Numbered from the stretch's first letter, positions 51,345 to 63,114 are shown. The stretch: DNA of 64,000 nucleotides from Cyanobacteria bacterium J007 (GCA_003695985.1 RFFV01000139.1:8669-72668); one strand, 5' to 3'. Made by a program: numbers and translations. The notes: generated by a model not told the origin, from the letters alone.

Positions 51345-52913
51345 TTAAACACTCAAACCCATTCCACTCCGTCGGGAATCTCCAATCCCAAACATCGAAC
51401 CGTCGGGGGCGATCGCCACACTATGCACTCCCCCAAAAAACATACTTTTTTCTTGCCAATAAATCCATTCAAACTCCGAAGAAAATTCCGGAGGATCGAA
51501 CAGATCTCCCGGTAGTCCGGGTTCGAGATGAAAAACACCATTTTCATAATGAGTTCTCGGACTTTCGACGGCGGCGATCGCCTCCATTTTAAAATCGACA
51601 AAATTAGAAATTACTTGAAAAATAGCCGTTCTAATCCGATTGGAACCGCCAGAACCGAGAACCATTTCCGGGCGATCGCCCTTCATTAACACCGTCGGTG
51701 TCATCATTGAAGACATCCGACAATTCGGGCGCCATCGATGGAACCCGCGCGGGTTTAAATCCGCTTCTCCTAACATATTATTCATGGCAATATCCGTCCC
51801 GGGAATGATATAGGAAGACCCTTCGCCGTTGGAGGTGGTCACGCTGGCCGCATTTCCTTCGCAATCGAGGACGCTAATATGCGTGGTACTGCCTAATTTA
51901 TTCAGATCGTTTTTCAGATAAGTTTGAAACTGGGATTGATAGTCTAATAAATGTTTTTTAGACAAGAAATCATCTAAAACATCCGCATTATAAAGTGAGT
52001 CGTCATACCCATCTTTCCTGCCAACATTCGTTAACTGCATTGCCCGACAAAGGGCGTGTAAATGGGGTAAGCTGCCAAAAGAGAAGCGATCGAAATCGAA
52101 AGTAGATAACAGCTTGAGCGTAAAAGCGATGAGGGCGCCTCCCGAGCTCGGGGGCGGGTTCATCAGCAGTTGGCGATCGCGATAGGGAATGCGTAAGGGA
52201 GAGCGTAAAATAACTCGATAGTTTTCAAAGTCTTCTAAAGTTAAATGTCCGCCTTTTTCTTGACAGTCACGCACGACTTGGCGGGCAATTTCACCGCGAT
52301 AAAATTCGTAAGTTCCACTTTTAGCAAATTCTTCAAAAACTGTCCCTAAATTGGGCATGGCGATCGTATCGCCCACTTGTAATAAAGTCCCTTGGGGGGC
52401 GTAGATCTGACGGGACGCCGGATCGCGCAGTAAGATGGGAGCGAGTAGGTTTAATAAATAAGATTGAAAGGGATTAATTTCTACTCCTTGACCGGCGTAA
52501 GCGATCGCGGGTTCGGCAAGGACGTGAAAGGGTAAAGTTCCTAACTGTTGGTGAACGGCGAACAGACCTGCGAGATTGCCGGGGACGGCGATCGATCCCA
52601 AGCCGATATGAAACTGTTGGGTGGTGCCGCCAAAATCGAGATCCACGGGATAAAAATCTAAAGTTTCAAGAGGTTGGGGATGGCGGGGAGTCTGGGCGAA
52701 AAAATCGAATAAAATTTGTCGATTTTCCCGAGTTCGTGCGAGGAGAAAGCCGCCGCCAGCGACAGAGGTGAGACCGGATTCGACGACAAAAGAAGCGAGC
52801 ATGGCGGCGACGGCGGCATCAAAAGCATTGCCACCCAAGCGAAACATTTCGATTCCCGCTTCGGCAGTTTTGGGATGTCCGGCGGCGATAGTTCCGCGTG
52901 TTTTAGATAGCAT
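51345..52913 (-). CDS. ggt: Gamma-glutamyltransferase.
   Basis: 522 aa. Autoprocessing site around GSTTHISVLD and the small-subunit motif GGSNRI. Confidence 0.85.
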   Translation of the reverse strand: MLSKTRGTIAAGHPKTAEAGIEMFRLGGNAFDAAVAAMLASFVVESGLTSVAGGGFLLARTRENRQILFDFFAQTPRHPQPLETLDFYPVDLDFGGTTQQFHIGLGSIAVPGNLAGLFAVHQQLGTLPFHVLAEPAIAYAGQGVEINPFQSYLLNLLAPILLRDPASRQIYAPQGTLLQVGDTIAMPNLGTVFEEFAKSGTYEFYRGEIARQVVRDCQEKGGHLTLEDFENYRVILRSPLRIPYRDRQLLMNPPPSSGGALIAFTLKLLSTFDFDRFSFGSLPHLHALCRAMQLTNVGRKDGYDDSLYNADVLDDFLSKKHLLDYQSQFQTYLKNDLNKLGSTTHISVLDCEGNAASVTTSNGEGSSYIIPGTDIAMNNMLGEADLNPRGFHRWRPNCRMSSMMTPTVLMKGDRPEMVLGSGGSNRIRTAIFQVISNFVDFKMEAIAAVESPRTHYENGVFHLEPGLPGDLFDPPEFSSEFEWIYWQEKSMFFGGVHSVAIAPDGSMFGIGDSRRSGMGLSV

Positions 52914-53217
52914 GAAGGCGATCGCTGAAGATAGAAAAAGAGCGGGGAGAACAATAAGACGAACGACCTGATGTTAACGGTCAGTTAACGCCGAGGGGAG
53001 GAACGTATCGACCGGGAGACGGTCAATAGGGTTCGTCGGAGTTAAAAAATCGAGATTTTGTCAAGTTGATGATAAGATAAAAACCCGGGAGATCGTTCGT
53101 TTTTAATCAAATTGTTGTTAAAAACCGATCGCGGAAAAATCGACAAAAGAGGGGGGGAGGAGTGCGAAAATTGAGCCAAACCCAGGAGCGATCGCGCTGG
53201 AGTGCGGGAGGACGGCG

Positions 53218-53586
53218 ATGATCTTGGCAGTAGTTGCGATCAACTTGACGATGGCGGCGATCGCCCTATCTGTAGCCTGGAGACTGTGGTGCTTGAGTCG
53301 CAGCATCGATCGCGCCGCCAATGCCATTCTCTACGCAGATCGCGTCACCTACAACGCCCTCCATCCGATCCCGCCCACCTTAGCGAAAGGACAGCAAGGC
53401 ACCCGCAATTTACGCGATCTCTACAGTCAGCTCGAACGACAAGTCAACCAAGTCCGCCAAATTTTAGCCGTATTGAATTGGATTGGGGGCTTGTGGTTTC
53501 GCCGAGGGCGCCGGAGCGAGCATTCGCGTAGCGTCTCCAAAGGAAAAGCGCGCGCGGGGGCGCCGCCGAAGGGCAATCCCCGCTAG
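53218..53586 (+). CDS. Hypothetical membrane protein.
   Basis: 122 aa with one N-terminal TM helix. Confidence 0.4.
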   Translation: MILAVVAINLTMAAIALSVAWRLWCLSRSIDRAANAILYADRVTYNALHPIPPTLAKGQQGTRNLRDLYSQLERQVNQVRQILAVLNWIGGLWFRRGRRSEHSRSVSKGKARAGAPPKGNPR

Positions 53587-53650
53587 GGAGGGCGGTGGAG
53601 CGGTCAAAAGCCGCCTAAAATATCTGTAAGCTCAATCGAAACCATTTACA

Positions 53651-54034
53651 ATGTCCAAGAATCGTACTGGAGCATTTATTGGTGGGGTCTTGCTGGGAAC
53701 GGCGATCGGGACGATTACCGGGTTGCTCGTCGCTCCTCGTAGCGGTCGCAAAACCCGCCAACTGGTGAAAAAATCGGCGGCGGCCCTTCCCGAACTCGCC
53801 GAAGACCTATCGAGTACCCTGCAACTGCAAGCCGATCGCCTCTCCGCGAAAACCCTTCGCAATTGGGACGAAACCCTCGTGCGCTTGCGCGAGGCGATCG
53901 CCTCCGGGATCGAAGCGAGCCAACTCGAAAAAGAACAACTCGATCGCCAAAATCGCGAAGATCGCCCAGATCCCGAAGAAGACCCAGACAACGAGTTTTC
54001 CAACCCCTCCTCCGCTCACACCACCCAATCGTGA
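53651..54034 (+). CDS. YtxH-domain protein.
   Basis: N-terminus GAFIGGVLLGTAIGTITGLLVAPRSGRKTRQ matches the YtxH pattern. Confidence 0.7.
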   Translation: MSKNRTGAFIGGVLLGTAIGTITGLLVAPRSGRKTRQLVKKSAAALPELAEDLSSTLQLQADRLSAKTLRNWDETLVRLREAIASGIEASQLEKEQLDRQNREDRPDPEEDPDNEFSNPSSAHTTQS

Positions 54035-54073
54035 GATCGATCGACTGTCATCGCAAGCTATCCCTACTCTCCC

Positions 54074-54637
54074 GTGACTGATCCCCTGTTTTGGCTCGGA
54101 CTGTCTTTCCTACTCGTGGCTGTCAGCTTGATCCTCGTCTTGCTGGCAGCCCTACCCGCCTTGCAAGCCGTCGGACGGGCCGCGCGCAGCGTCGAAAAAC
54201 TCGCCGACACCCTCGCACGCGAATTCCCGCCGACCTTAGAAGCGATCCGACTCACGGGAATGGAAATTAGCGACCTCACCGACGAAGTGTCCGACGGGGT
54301 TCAGAGCGCCTCGGGAGTCGTCAAACAAGTCGATCGCTCCCTCGGTTCCGCCAAACGACAGGCTCAAAAAGCGCGCCATACCACCCGCAGCGTCGTGACC
54401 GGATTCAAAGTCGCCTGGAGAACCTTTACCCGTCCCGGTTCCAACGCCGGAAGCAGCCGAAGGTCCATCGATCGCCTGCCCCCCTCGCAACGGCAGCCCC
54501 TCGATTTGCGCGATTCTTCTTTGGAGACCCTACGCGATCGCACCGACTCCGGCGATCGCCACCCCGACGATGGCGCCCCCAATGACGGCCAATCCTACCG
54601 CCAAAACTTTCCCAATTCCGGCGATCGCGAGCCGTAA
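54074..54637 (+). CDS. DUF948-domain membrane protein.
   Basis: N-terminal TM helix followed by a coiled coil (LAALPALQAVGRAARSVEKLADTLAREFPPTLEAIRLTG). Confidence 0.65.
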   Translation: MTDPLFWLGLSFLLVAVSLILVLLAALPALQAVGRAARSVEKLADTLAREFPPTLEAIRLTGMEISDLTDEVSDGVQSASGVVKQVDRSLGSAKRQAQKARHTTRSVVTGFKVAWRTFTRPGSNAGSSRRSIDRLPPSQRQPLDLRDSSLETLRDRTDSGDRHPDDGAPNDGQSYRQNFPNSGDREP

Positions 54638-54781
54638 AGCCCTCCCGAAAGCGCGATCCCTTGCCAGCTTCACGCCCTTTCCGCTAAGCTTCCCCCTAGA
54701 CTCGCGCGCGCGACCTGACGCCGCCCGAGTTCGGCGAATTGTTAAGCGAGCCCTTTCCGTTTTCCGCGAATATTTGAAACC

Positions 54782-56665
54782 ATGCCATCCCCACAACGTC
54801 CCGATCGCCGCTTTCCCTCCTGGCTCCACTGGATCGACAAAACGATCGCGATCGTGGCCGTTTTAAACTTGGGTCTCGTCCTGTTCGACCTCAGCTATAT
54901 CCCCGGACGCGACTATTACTTGCGCGCCGATCTGTTCTTCCAAAAATTCAACGTCACCAATCGCGAGAAATATCTCAAAAACGTCGATCGCCTCGAAACC
55001 CTGTTACAAGAGCAAGGCTTGGATTCCCCCGAAGTCCCTCCCCTGCTCGAACAATTGCGCCAGCAGAGTACCCGCCTGTTAGGAGAAGATTTATTTCGCG
55101 TCACCGACAGCTACGGGTCCCTCGAAGAAGTGAAAACCCGCATGAGCGAGCAGTTCGGCACCGACGACGCGATCGACGCCTTCCAAAGCCTCTGGAGCGT
55201 GCGTTACTTGCGTCAAAATGGCTGGCAAGAAAGCCTCAGATTTTTCAACAGCGAAATCCGCTTTTTAATCGACTTTTACGAACCTAAATTATTTTACGAT
55301 CCGGTCAAAGGGATCGAACCTTATCGGGATACCCAACAATATTTACGCCTCGTCTCCGAACTGCAAGCCGAATTGCAACTGTACGGCATGGAGTCTCCCG
55401 AAGTGCCGATCCTACTCGAAGAATTGCGCGAAGAAAGTCGCGACATGATTCGAGAAAATTATTTCGCCCAAGCCGAGAAAAGTGGCACCCTCGAAGAGAT
55501 TAAAAATCAAATTCGCCGTCATATTTACTCGCGCAAACCCGAAGAGGCTCCCTCGGGTCCCGCGCCGATTATTTGGGTTCTGGACTTTTTAGCCCCCGAA
55601 GTGTTTTGGGCGAATAAGTCTTCCACGGGAGCCTTTGAGGAGTTTTGGAGTCTGGAGAATTTCCGGGAGCACGGCTGGCAGGAAGAACTAAAGTTTTTCA
55701 ATGGCAAGATTCGGTTTTTAATGCAGAGTAACTATTACCGCCATATCGGGGTGAATAGTGATTATATCGATCGCTTTTGGTTGATTGACTTTTTCTTCGT
55801 CGCCTTATTTTTTATCGATATTTTATTTCGCAGTTGGCTGATTACCCGGCGTCATCCCAACGTTACCCTGGAAAGTGCCGTATTTTGGCGCTGGTACGAC
55901 TTGTTATTGTTAATTCCTTTTTGGCGGTGGTTGCGCGTCGTTCCCGTAGTCATTCGCCTCGACGAATCCGGTTTAGTGGATATTGAATGGTTGCGCGCGC
56001 AATTGCGCTTGGGGGTCGTCGCCAGTTTCGCCGAAGAACTGACCCAAGTGGTGGTCGTGCAGATTATCAATCAAATGAAAAGTAGCGTCGAAAGTGGAGA
56101 ATTGACCAAATCGCTGCTCCAGCCAAACGAACAGGAATATATCGACATTAACGATACGAATGAAGTGCAGGAAATTTCGCGGCGACTGTTGCAATTGGGA
56201 GTGTGTAAAGTCTTGCCCAAAGTGCAACCGGATCTGGAGCAGTTGATCTATCACGTGCTGGAGACGAGTATTAAAAGCACGGATTTTTATCGGCGATTGC
56301 AGGGAATGGGGTTAGCGGGGTGGTCCGAGCAGATTGCCAAACAAGTGTCGGTGAGGGTGTCGAAATTGCTGGCAGAAGGGCCAGACAGTGCGTATCACGC
56401 GATCGCCGACCTGCCCCCGGATCCGATCGCCGACGAATTGATCGAGCAGTTGGTCGAGAATTTTGGCGAAGCCTTGCGGGTGGAATTGCAGACCGAAAAT
56501 ACCCTCGCCGAACTGCAGGCGTTGGTGTCCGACTTACTCGAAGAAATCAAGCTCAACTACGTCAAACGGGCGATCGAAACCGATCCCGACCGTATTTTCG
56601 CCGAAACCGAGCAATTGCGCCAGCTCGCCGGACGCAATCCGAACCCTCCGAATCCATCGCGTTAA
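54782..56665 (+). CDS. Hypothetical 627-aa membrane protein with an internally duplicated N-terminal domain and a voltage-sensor-like TM segment.
   Basis: Two related ~130-aa repeats share the DSPEVPPLLEQLRQQS and ESPEVPILLEELREES motifs and the GWQESLRFFNSEIRFL and GWQEELKFFNGKIRFL motifs. The TM region carries periodic Arg residues (WRWLRVVPVVIRL). Confidence 0.6.
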   Translation: MPSPQRPDRRFPSWLHWIDKTIAIVAVLNLGLVLFDLSYIPGRDYYLRADLFFQKFNVTNREKYLKNVDRLETLLQEQGLDSPEVPPLLEQLRQQSTRLLGEDLFRVTDSYGSLEEVKTRMSEQFGTDDAIDAFQSLWSVRYLRQNGWQESLRFFNSEIRFLIDFYEPKLFYDPVKGIEPYRDTQQYLRLVSELQAELQLYGMESPEVPILLEELREESRDMIRENYFAQAEKSGTLEEIKNQIRRHIYSRKPEEAPSGPAPIIWVLDFLAPEVFWANKSSTGAFEEFWSLENFREHGWQEELKFFNGKIRFLMQSNYYRHIGVNSDYIDRFWLIDFFFVALFFIDILFRSWLITRRHPNVTLESAVFWRWYDLLLLIPFWRWLRVVPVVIRLDESGLVDIEWLRAQLRLGVVASFAEELTQVVVVQIINQMKSSVESGELTKSLLQPNEQEYIDINDTNEVQEISRRLLQLGVCKVLPKVQPDLEQLIYHVLETSIKSTDFYRRLQGMGLAGWSEQIAKQVSVRVSKLLAEGPDSAYHAIADLPPDPIADELIEQLVENFGEALRVELQTENTLAELQALVSDLLEEIKLNYVKRAIETDPDRIFAETEQLRQLAGRNPNPPNPSR

Positions 56666-56900
56666 GGTGAACCCGAGTGGGAGGGAAGGCGGCGATCCGG
56701 CGATCGCCGACAACGGGCGAGATAGACAAAAGCCGTCAGGAGCCACTAGAATAGAAAGCGGCTCAGTTCGGTGATGCGGTTGTACCGATGCGGAGATCCC
56801 CTTCTCCCGCACGTTCCTCCCAGACTTGAGCGAACGAAAAAATCGCCTACGCGCTCGGTAAAGTCAGCCCCCCGAGGGTAGACTTCAGCAGCGCTTAACT

Positions 56901-56924
56901 GCTCGGAGGCGAGCGTTTTTTTTT
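56901..56924 (+). terminator. Intrinsic terminator or attenuator upstream of rimP-nusA-infB.
   Basis: GCTCG-GAGG-CGAGC followed by T9. Confidence 0.55.
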
Positions 56925-57278
56925 GTCATCCGAACTCGGTCAGGTCTGCTGGCCGAACGCTTCGCCTTTCCCAGCGTCCCACCTGTAGGTCGAGAACCCC
57001 CGATCCTCCGGTCAAGCGAAGTTCTTCCCTCTCGCGAGAGCCACCAGGCGAGCCGAAAGAGGAGAAGGAAAGAGGGAAAGGCGAGTTCGACAGCCTTCGA
57101 GGGAAGCCCTATCCTGCAAAGGGAGCGAGCGATCGCCCCCGAAGTTGATGGCCCTCGCCGACAACGGGCCGCAATCCGACGACGACCCGAGGGTCTTTCG
57201 CTCGTCGTGAACCTTCTTGGAAGACATCAATGTTGCGGGAAGTGGGTAGCTGCCCACTTTTTTTGTTGGAGCTGTGCA

Positions 57279-57740
57279 ATGACTCATCCTTTGATCCCCC
57301 AAATTATCGAATTGGCGACCCCCGTAGCCGAACAACTCGGGTTGGAAGTGGTAACGGCAGTATTTCACACTCACGAAAGTCCGCCGATCTTGCGGGTGGA
57401 CATCCGCAACCCCGCTTCGGACACCAGTCTCGATGACTGCGAACGGATGAGCAAAGCCCTCGACACCCTGTTAGACGAAAGCGATTTAATTCCCGACGCT
57501 TACATTTTGGAAATTTCGAGTCCCGGGATTTCTTCCGAGTTGAGTAGCGATCGCGATTTTGTCGCGTTTAAAGGGTTTGGGGTGACGGTCGCGACCGCCG
57601 AACCCTTTCAAGGACATCAAGAATGGAGCGGCAAACTCGTGCGCCGGGACGAGGGCGCCGTTTATCTCAATCAAAAGGGACGGGTGATGAAAATTCCGAG
57701 ATCGATCGTGACGCAAGTCCGACTCGCCGACGGAGTTTGA
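57279..57740 (+). CDS. rimP: Ribosome maturation factor RimP.
   Basis: [25 protein letters not shown]...; the ORF with a GTG start extends to 57207. Confidence 0.85.
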   Translation: MTHPLIPQIIELATPVAEQLGLEVVTAVFHTHESPPILRVDIRNPASDTSLDDCERMSKALDTLLDESDLIPDAYILEISSPGISSELSSDRDFVAFKGFGVTVATAEPFQGHQEWSGKLVRRDEGAVYLNQKGRVMKIPRSIVTQVRLADGV

Positions 57741-57800
57741 TCCCCGAGACGCGATCGTCCGCGTCCCCAGTTCTCCCATCGAATACGGATAGGAACGCCT

Positions 57801-58994
57801 ATGTCAATGGTTAGTTTGCCCGGACTCCGGGACATGATCGATAATATCTCTCAAGAGCGGAATTTACCGAAACACGCGGTACAAGCGGCCTTGCGCGAAG
57901 CCCTCCTCAAAGGGTACGAGCGCTACCGTCGCACCTTGAGTATGGATCGCCAGCATTTTGACGAAACCTTTTTCGACAACTTCGAGATCGAACTCGATAC
58001 CGAAGAAGAGGGATTTCGGGTGCTTTCGACCAAAACGATCGTCGAAACGGTCAGCAGTGCGGATCACGAGATCGCCTTGCAAGAAGTGCGAGAAGTGGCC
58101 GCCGAAGCCCAATTGGGAGATACGGTGGTGTTAGATGTCACCCCGGACCAAGGCGATTTCGGGCGGATGGCAGCGATTCAAACCAAACAAGTGCTGGCGC
58201 AAAAACTGCGCGACCAACAGCGCAAACTGATTCAAGAAGAGTTTGAGGACTTGGAAGGAACGGTTTTACAAGCGCGGGTCTTGCGTTTCGAGCGACAGTC
58301 GGCAATTTTGGCGGTCAACAGTGGGTTTGGCAATCCCGAAGTCGAAGCCGAATTGCCCAAACGCGAGCAGTTGCCCAACGATAATTATCGGGCGAATGCG
58401 ACCTTGAAGGTGTATCTCAAGAAAGTCCGCGAAGGACCCCATCGAGGGCCGCAATTGTTGGTATCGAGGGCAGACGCCGGATTGGTGGTTTACTTGTTTG
58501 CCAACGAAGTGCCGGAAATTGAAGATGAAGTCGTGCGGATTGTCGCCGTAGCGCGCGAAGCCAATCCCCCCTCCCGTCACGTCGGACCGCGTACTAAGAT
58601 CGCCGTGGACACGTTAGAGCGAGAAGTCGATCCCGTAGGGGCCTGCATAGGGGCGCGCGGATCGCGGATTCAGGTCGTGGTCAACGAACTGCGCGGGGAA
58701 AAAATCGACGTGATTCGTTGGTCTCCGGACCCGGCGACCTATATCGCCAATGCCTTGAGTCCGGCGAAAGTGGACGAAGTGCGCCTAGTCGATCCCGACA
58801 GCCGCCAAGCTCACGTTTTGGTTCCGGAAGACCAGCTCAGTTTGGCGATTGGGAAAGAGGGGCAGAACGTCCGACTGGCAGCTCGACTGACCGGGTGGAA
58901 GATCGATATCAAGGATAGTGCGAAATACGAAGAGGAAACAGTACAAGTGGAAGAAACTGCCGAGGAGGTCGTGCCCCTGGAAGAATCCGAGTAA
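57801..58994 (+). CDS. nusA: Transcription termination/antitermination factor NusA.
   Basis: 397 aa. S1 domain and two KH domains ([12 protein letters not shown]); no C-terminal AR repeats. Confidence 0.9.
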   Translation: MSMVSLPGLRDMIDNISQERNLPKHAVQAALREALLKGYERYRRTLSMDRQHFDETFFDNFEIELDTEEEGFRVLSTKTIVETVSSADHEIALQEVREVAAEAQLGDTVVLDVTPDQGDFGRMAAIQTKQVLAQKLRDQQRKLIQEEFEDLEGTVLQARVLRFERQSAILAVNSGFGNPEVEAELPKREQLPNDNYRANATLKVYLKKVREGPHRGPQLLVSRADAGLVVYLFANEVPEIEDEVVRIVAVAREANPPSRHVGPRTKIAVDTLEREVDPVGACIGARGSRIQVVVNELRGEKIDVIRWSPDPATYIANALSPAKVDEVRLVDPDSRQAHVLVPEDQLSLAIGKEGQNVRLAARLTGWKIDIKDSAKYEEETVQVEETAEEVVPLEESE

Positions 58995-59127
58995 TCGAAC
59001 CCCGGGATCGCGCCCGGCGGGGGCTTGGCGCCACCCCCGAACCCGGGAGACCGCGCGGGGAGCGAAGCCCCTCGAACCGGGGAGATGAGCGTCGCCATCG
59101 CCCCCTTGTAGACCGACCGCCAAGCCG

Positions 59128-59469
59128 TTGCCGATGAAAGTCAATTACCGACGTTGTATCAGTTGTCGCCGAGTCGCTCCCAAACAGGAGTTTTGTCGGG
59201 TCGTCCGAGTCCATCCGTCCCATACGGTACAATTAGACAGGGGGATGGGGCGATCGGCATATATTTGTCTGAGCGAACAGTGTGTCCGAGCCGCTCAAAA
59301 GAAAAATCGATTGGGGCGATCGCTCAAAGCCACTGTTCCCCCACAACTGTACGAAACTTTGCGGCAACGGGTTGTCCGGGAGGGGTCGGCTGCGGAGGAA
59401 TCCATCTCGTCGAACGATCCAGAACGCGAATCGGGCAGCTTGCTCCGATCGCCCAATCCGCGCGACTGA
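59128..59469 (+). CDS. YlxR/DUF448-family protein.
   Basis: [15 protein letters not shown] motif. Confidence 0.8.
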   Translation: MPMKVNYRRCISCRRVAPKQEFCRVVRVHPSHTVQLDRGMGRSAYICLSEQCVRAAQKKNRLGRSLKATVPPQLYETLRQRVVREGSAAEESISSNDPERESGSLLRSPNPRD

Positions 59470-59955
59470 CAGAGATTGCCCTCAATCCAGTCCGCACTCG
59501 TATAGAAAGTCGTGCAAGACTAGAGGGAGGGATTCCCCCGACCGGGAGAGCGCAATCCATCGGCGCAGGTGACTGCGGCGGCAGGCTAAACTAGCTGTTG
59601 TCCATTGTTATCGATTCGATCGACAGCAAGCGAGCCTTCTTGGAGAAGGGGTTCAAAACGAAGGCAAAAGGCGAAAGGGAGAGACGAATAATACAGGAAC
59701 AGGCGCTTGGGTTTGACGCTTCGTTCTTCATCCGCGATCCTTTCTAGAGGTCTACGACTCGCGATCGGGCGATCGCCATTCTCAGTTGTCGGTAGAGTAT
59801 CCCCCTCGACCCCCGACGCCACTGTCCGACCGTTCGCGAGTTTTCATGCCCTAGGATCCTGAGTCTTCACTCGACATGCGTCCGCGAGCGCCCAGCGCCC
59901 CGAGCGCGCCAACACTAACCCAAGGAAAGACAGGGAGTCGCCGGAAGGAGGTTTT

Positions 59956-62900
59956 ATGAACAACGGCAAAGTCAGAATATACGAGTTATCACGGGAATTG
60001 AATTTGGAAAATAAAGACATTTTGGCAGTTTGCGAGCAGCTAAACATAGCCGTCAAAAGTCATAGCAGTACGATTTCAGAAGATGAGGCCGATCGCATTC
60101 GCGCCTATTCCGATAAGTACGTGGCCGCTCACCCCGAAGCCAAAACCTCGGGTTCGGGAAAAGGGCATCGCTCCAAAGCCACCGCCGAATCGGGCGGTTC
60201 GGCTGAGGGCAAGAAAAAACAACAAATTTTGGAAATTCGCAAGCACAAATCGAGTGGGGACAAAAACCAACGAGCCGAGACCTCCTCGGCGGACGAAACC
60301 CCCCCTCCCGCGCCCCAACCGCCATCTCCCCCTTCCCCGAGTGAAGTGACGACATTCGATCGTCCGGTTTATGCCAAACCGAGTGAAACCAGTCCGCAAG
60401 AAGACGTGCATCAACCCTCAGAACCCTCACCCGAAGAATTACCTGCGCTCCAGAAGCCGCAGTTAGCCTCGACTGAAACCGACGACACCGAGTCGGGATC
60501 GCAAGCAACGACGAGTTCCGAAGTAGAATCTCCTCAACTCAAAAGACCGCCGACCCGACCGAACCCACCGACGACGGCGTCGGATTCGACCTCGGCTCCG
60601 CTCAAAGAAAAACCAATTCTTAAAAAGCCCAAAGGTGACGGTGCCGGGTCGCCGAGTTCCCCGAAAAAATCCGACGAAGCGATCCCGGGGAAAGAACGCG
60701 AGGCGCCTGCCGCTTCGGCAGAGTCGTCGGGCGATCGCGCGCCGAAGCAAGTCAAGCGCAAACCGGAGTCCGTGCCTGAATTGCAGCGTCCGCGCCCGAG
60801 CAAAGGCAAAGGAGACGAAGAGGTAGCCGCCAGTGGCGATCGCCCCGGCGCCGGGCGAAGCTTTGACGAAGAAACTTCCGTGGATGAAGAGATCGAAACG
60901 GAGGGTCTCAAACTCAAGCGACCGACGCCGCCGCGTCCCCCGAAACGCTCGAAAAAATACGAAGAAGAAGAAGAAGACATCCAAGAGTTTCCCGCGAAAA
61001 CCTCGAAAACCGGGTCGAAATCGAAACGGCGGGCTAAACCCATCGATGACGAAGACGAGGAAGAATTGGACCTCGACAACGACAAGCAGTCCGCCGCGAT
61101 CGATGTCAGCTTGTCAACTGCCCGTCCCAACAAACCCAAAACTAGCCAAGGGCCGCGACAAGGCACGTCGGGGCCGAGTAGCGCGCCGAAAAACAAAAAA
61201 TCTAGCCCCACTCGCGACAGTGGCTCGCGGCATCGCGGACGGCGCCAGGACAAAGCCGAGAAAAAACAACGTCCGGAACATCTGGTGTTGCGCCAAGCCC
61301 TCACCGTACGAGAGCTGGCGACCGAATTGGAAACCGCCGAAACAGAAATTGTCAAAATTCTCTTCTTCAAAGGCATAGCGGTTAACGTCACCCAGACCCT
61401 CGACATTCCGACGGCGAAAATGGTCGCCGAAGAACTCGGCGTCGAAGTCGAAACCGCCGAAGCCGAATCCGAGGCGAAGAAAGTCAGCGAAATGCTCGAC
61501 GCCGACGATCTGGAAAATCTCCAGTCCCGTCCTCCGGTGGTGACGATCATGGGTCACGTAGACCACGGGAAAACCACCTTGCTCGATGCCATCCGCAAAA
61601 CCAAAGTCGCTCAAGGCGAAGCGGGCGGGATCACCCAGCATATCGGCGCCTATCACGTCGATGTCGAGCATAACGACGCCATCCATCAGATCGTCTTCCT
61701 CGACACTCCCGGTCACGAAGCCTTTACCGCCATGCGCGCCCGAGGCACCCGGGTGACCGATATCGCCGTGCTGGTGGTCGCCGCCGACGACGGCGTGCAA
61801 CCGCAAACCCTCGAAGCGATCGGTCACGCGCGCGCCGCCGAGGTTCCCCTGGTGGTGGCGATCAACAAAATTGACAAGGAAGGGGCTCAGAGCGATCGCG
61901 TCAAACAAGAACTGAGCGAACACGGTCTGGTTCCGGAAGAATGGGGCGGCGATACGATTATGGTGCCGTTGAGTGCCATCAAAGGTGAAAACCTCGACAC
62001 TCTCCTCGAAATGATCGTCCTGGTGGCCGAAATCGAAGAACTGATGGCCAACCCCGATCGCCCCGCCAAAGGCACGGTGATCGAAGCCAACTTAGACAAA
62101 GCCAAAGGTCCGGTGGCGACCTTACTGGTTCAAAACGGCACCCTGCGCGTCGGCGATATCCTCGTCGCCGGATCGGCTATGGGTAAAGTCCGGGCGATGG
62201 TGGACGATCGCGGTCAGCGCGTCGAAGCCGCCAGTCCGTCCTTTGCCGTCGAAGTCCTCGGCTTGGGCGACGTCCCCGCCGCCGGAGACGAGTTCGAGGT
62301 CTTCGGCAACGAAAAAGAAGCCCGCGCCGTGGCCGACTCTCGCGCCGAAGAAAGCCGTCAATCGCGCTTGCAGCAAGCGATGGCTTCTCGCCGGGTCACC
62401 CTCAACAGCCTCAGCGCCCGCGCTCAAGAAGGAGAACTCAAGGAACTCAACTTGATTCTCAAAGCGGACGTTCAAGGCTCCGTCGAGGCGATTCTCGGCT
62501 CCTTGCGCCAGCTTCCCCAAAATGAGGTGCAAGTGCGCGTGCTGCTCTCCGCTCCCGGGGAAATCAGCGAAACGGACGTGGACTTGGCCGCCGCTAGCGA
62601 TGCGGTCATTATCGGGTTCAATACCACCCTGGCGACGGGGGCCCGCCAAGCTGCCGATCGCAGTGGGGTGGACATTCGCGAGTACAACATCATCTACAAA
62701 CTACTCGACGACATCCAAGGGGCGATGGAAGGTCTACTCGAACCGGAAATGGTCGAGGAGGCGATCGGCGAAGCCGAAGTGCGCGCCGTCTTCCCCGTCG
62801 GACGCGGTGCCGTCGCCGGGTGCTATATCCAAAATGGCAAGATGATTCGCAATGCCAAAGTGCGGGTCCGCCGCCAGAACCAAGTGATCTACGAAGGTGT

Positions 62901-63057
62901 CCTCGACTCCCTCAAACGAGTCAAAGATGACGTGAAAGAAGCCAATAGCGGCTTTGAATGCGGCATCGGGATCGATCGCTTCAGCGATTGGGAGGAAGGC
63001 GACATCATCGAAGCCTATCGCCTGGTTGCCAAGCGTCGCACCCTGTCCCCGAACTAA
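59956..63057 (+). CDS. infB: Translation initiation factor IF-2.
   Basis: 1033 aa. N-terminus [17 protein letters not shown], a Pro/Ser/Glu-rich linker, and the G-domain motifs [14 protein letters not shown] and NKID. Confidence 0.95.
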   Translation: MNNGKVRIYELSRELNLENKDILAVCEQLNIAVKSHSSTISEDEADRIRAYSDKYVAAHPEAKTSGSGKGHRSKATAESGGSAEGKKKQQILEIRKHKSSGDKNQRAETSSADETPPPAPQPPSPPSPSEVTTFDRPVYAKPSETSPQEDVHQPSEPSPEELPALQKPQLASTETDDTESGSQATTSSEVESPQLKRPPTRPNPPTTASDSTSAPLKEKPILKKPKGDGAGSPSSPKKSDEAIPGKEREAPAASAESSGDRAPKQVKRKPESVPELQRPRPSKGKGDEEVAASGDRPGAGRSFDEETSVDEEIETEGLKLKRPTPPRPPKRSKKYEEEEEDIQEFPAKTSKTGSKSKRRAKPIDDEDEEELDLDNDKQSAAIDVSLSTARPNKPKTSQGPRQGTSGPSSAPKNKKSSPTRDSGSRHRGRRQDKAEKKQRPEHLVLRQALTVRELATELETAETEIVKILFFKGIAVNVTQTLDIPTAKMVAEELGVEVETAEAESEAKKVSEMLDADDLENLQSRPPVVTIMGHVDHGKTTLLDAIRKTKVAQGEAGGITQHIGAYHVDVEHNDAIHQIVFLDTPGHEAFTAMRARGTRVTDIAVLVVAADDGVQPQTLEAIGHARAAEVPLVVAINKIDKEGAQSDRVKQELSEHGLVPEEWGGDTIMVPLSAIKGENLDTLLEMIVLVAEIEELMANPDRPAKGTVIEANLDKAKGPVATLLVQNGTLRVGDILVAGSAMGKVRAMVDDRGQRVEAASPSFAVEVLGLGDVPAAGDEFEVFGNEKEARAVADSRAEESRQSRLQQAMASRRVTLNSLSARAQEGELKELNLILKADVQGSVEAILGSLRQLPQNEVQVRVLLSAPGEISETDVDLAAASDAVIIGFNTTLATGARQAADRSGVDIREYNIIYKLLDDIQGAMEGLLEPEMVEEAIGEAEVRAVFPVGRGAVAGCYIQNGKMIRNAKVRVRRQNQVIYEGVLDSLKRVKDDVKEANSGFECGIGIDRFSDWEEGDIIEAYRLVAKRRTLSPN

Positions 63058-63077
63058 GGGCGATCGCCGTCCATCCA

Positions 63078-63114
63078 ACGCCCCCGAGTGTGGTTTCAAG
63101 CACTCGGGGGCGTT
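63078..63114 (+). terminator. Strong hairpin after infB (terminator-like; no T-run).
   Basis: AACGCCCCCGAGTG-TGGTTTCAAG-CACTCGGGGGCGTT, a 14-bp stem. Confidence 0.5.

Noticed and set aside
56700-57200. Possible tRNA gene in the leader upstream of rimP, by analogy with metY-rimP-nusA in E. coli.
   Set aside because: No GTTCGAATCC-type T-loop or cloverleaf could be found by eye in this or the other intergenic regions. A tRNAscan-type search would be needed to be certain.
60053-61923. Long antisense and alternate-frame ORFs inside infB (for example 60534..61550 and 61114..61923 on the minus strand).
   Set aside because: infB is unambiguous (G-domain motifs, conserved N-terminus). The Pro/Glu-rich linker region is low-complexity and creates frame-independent ORFs.
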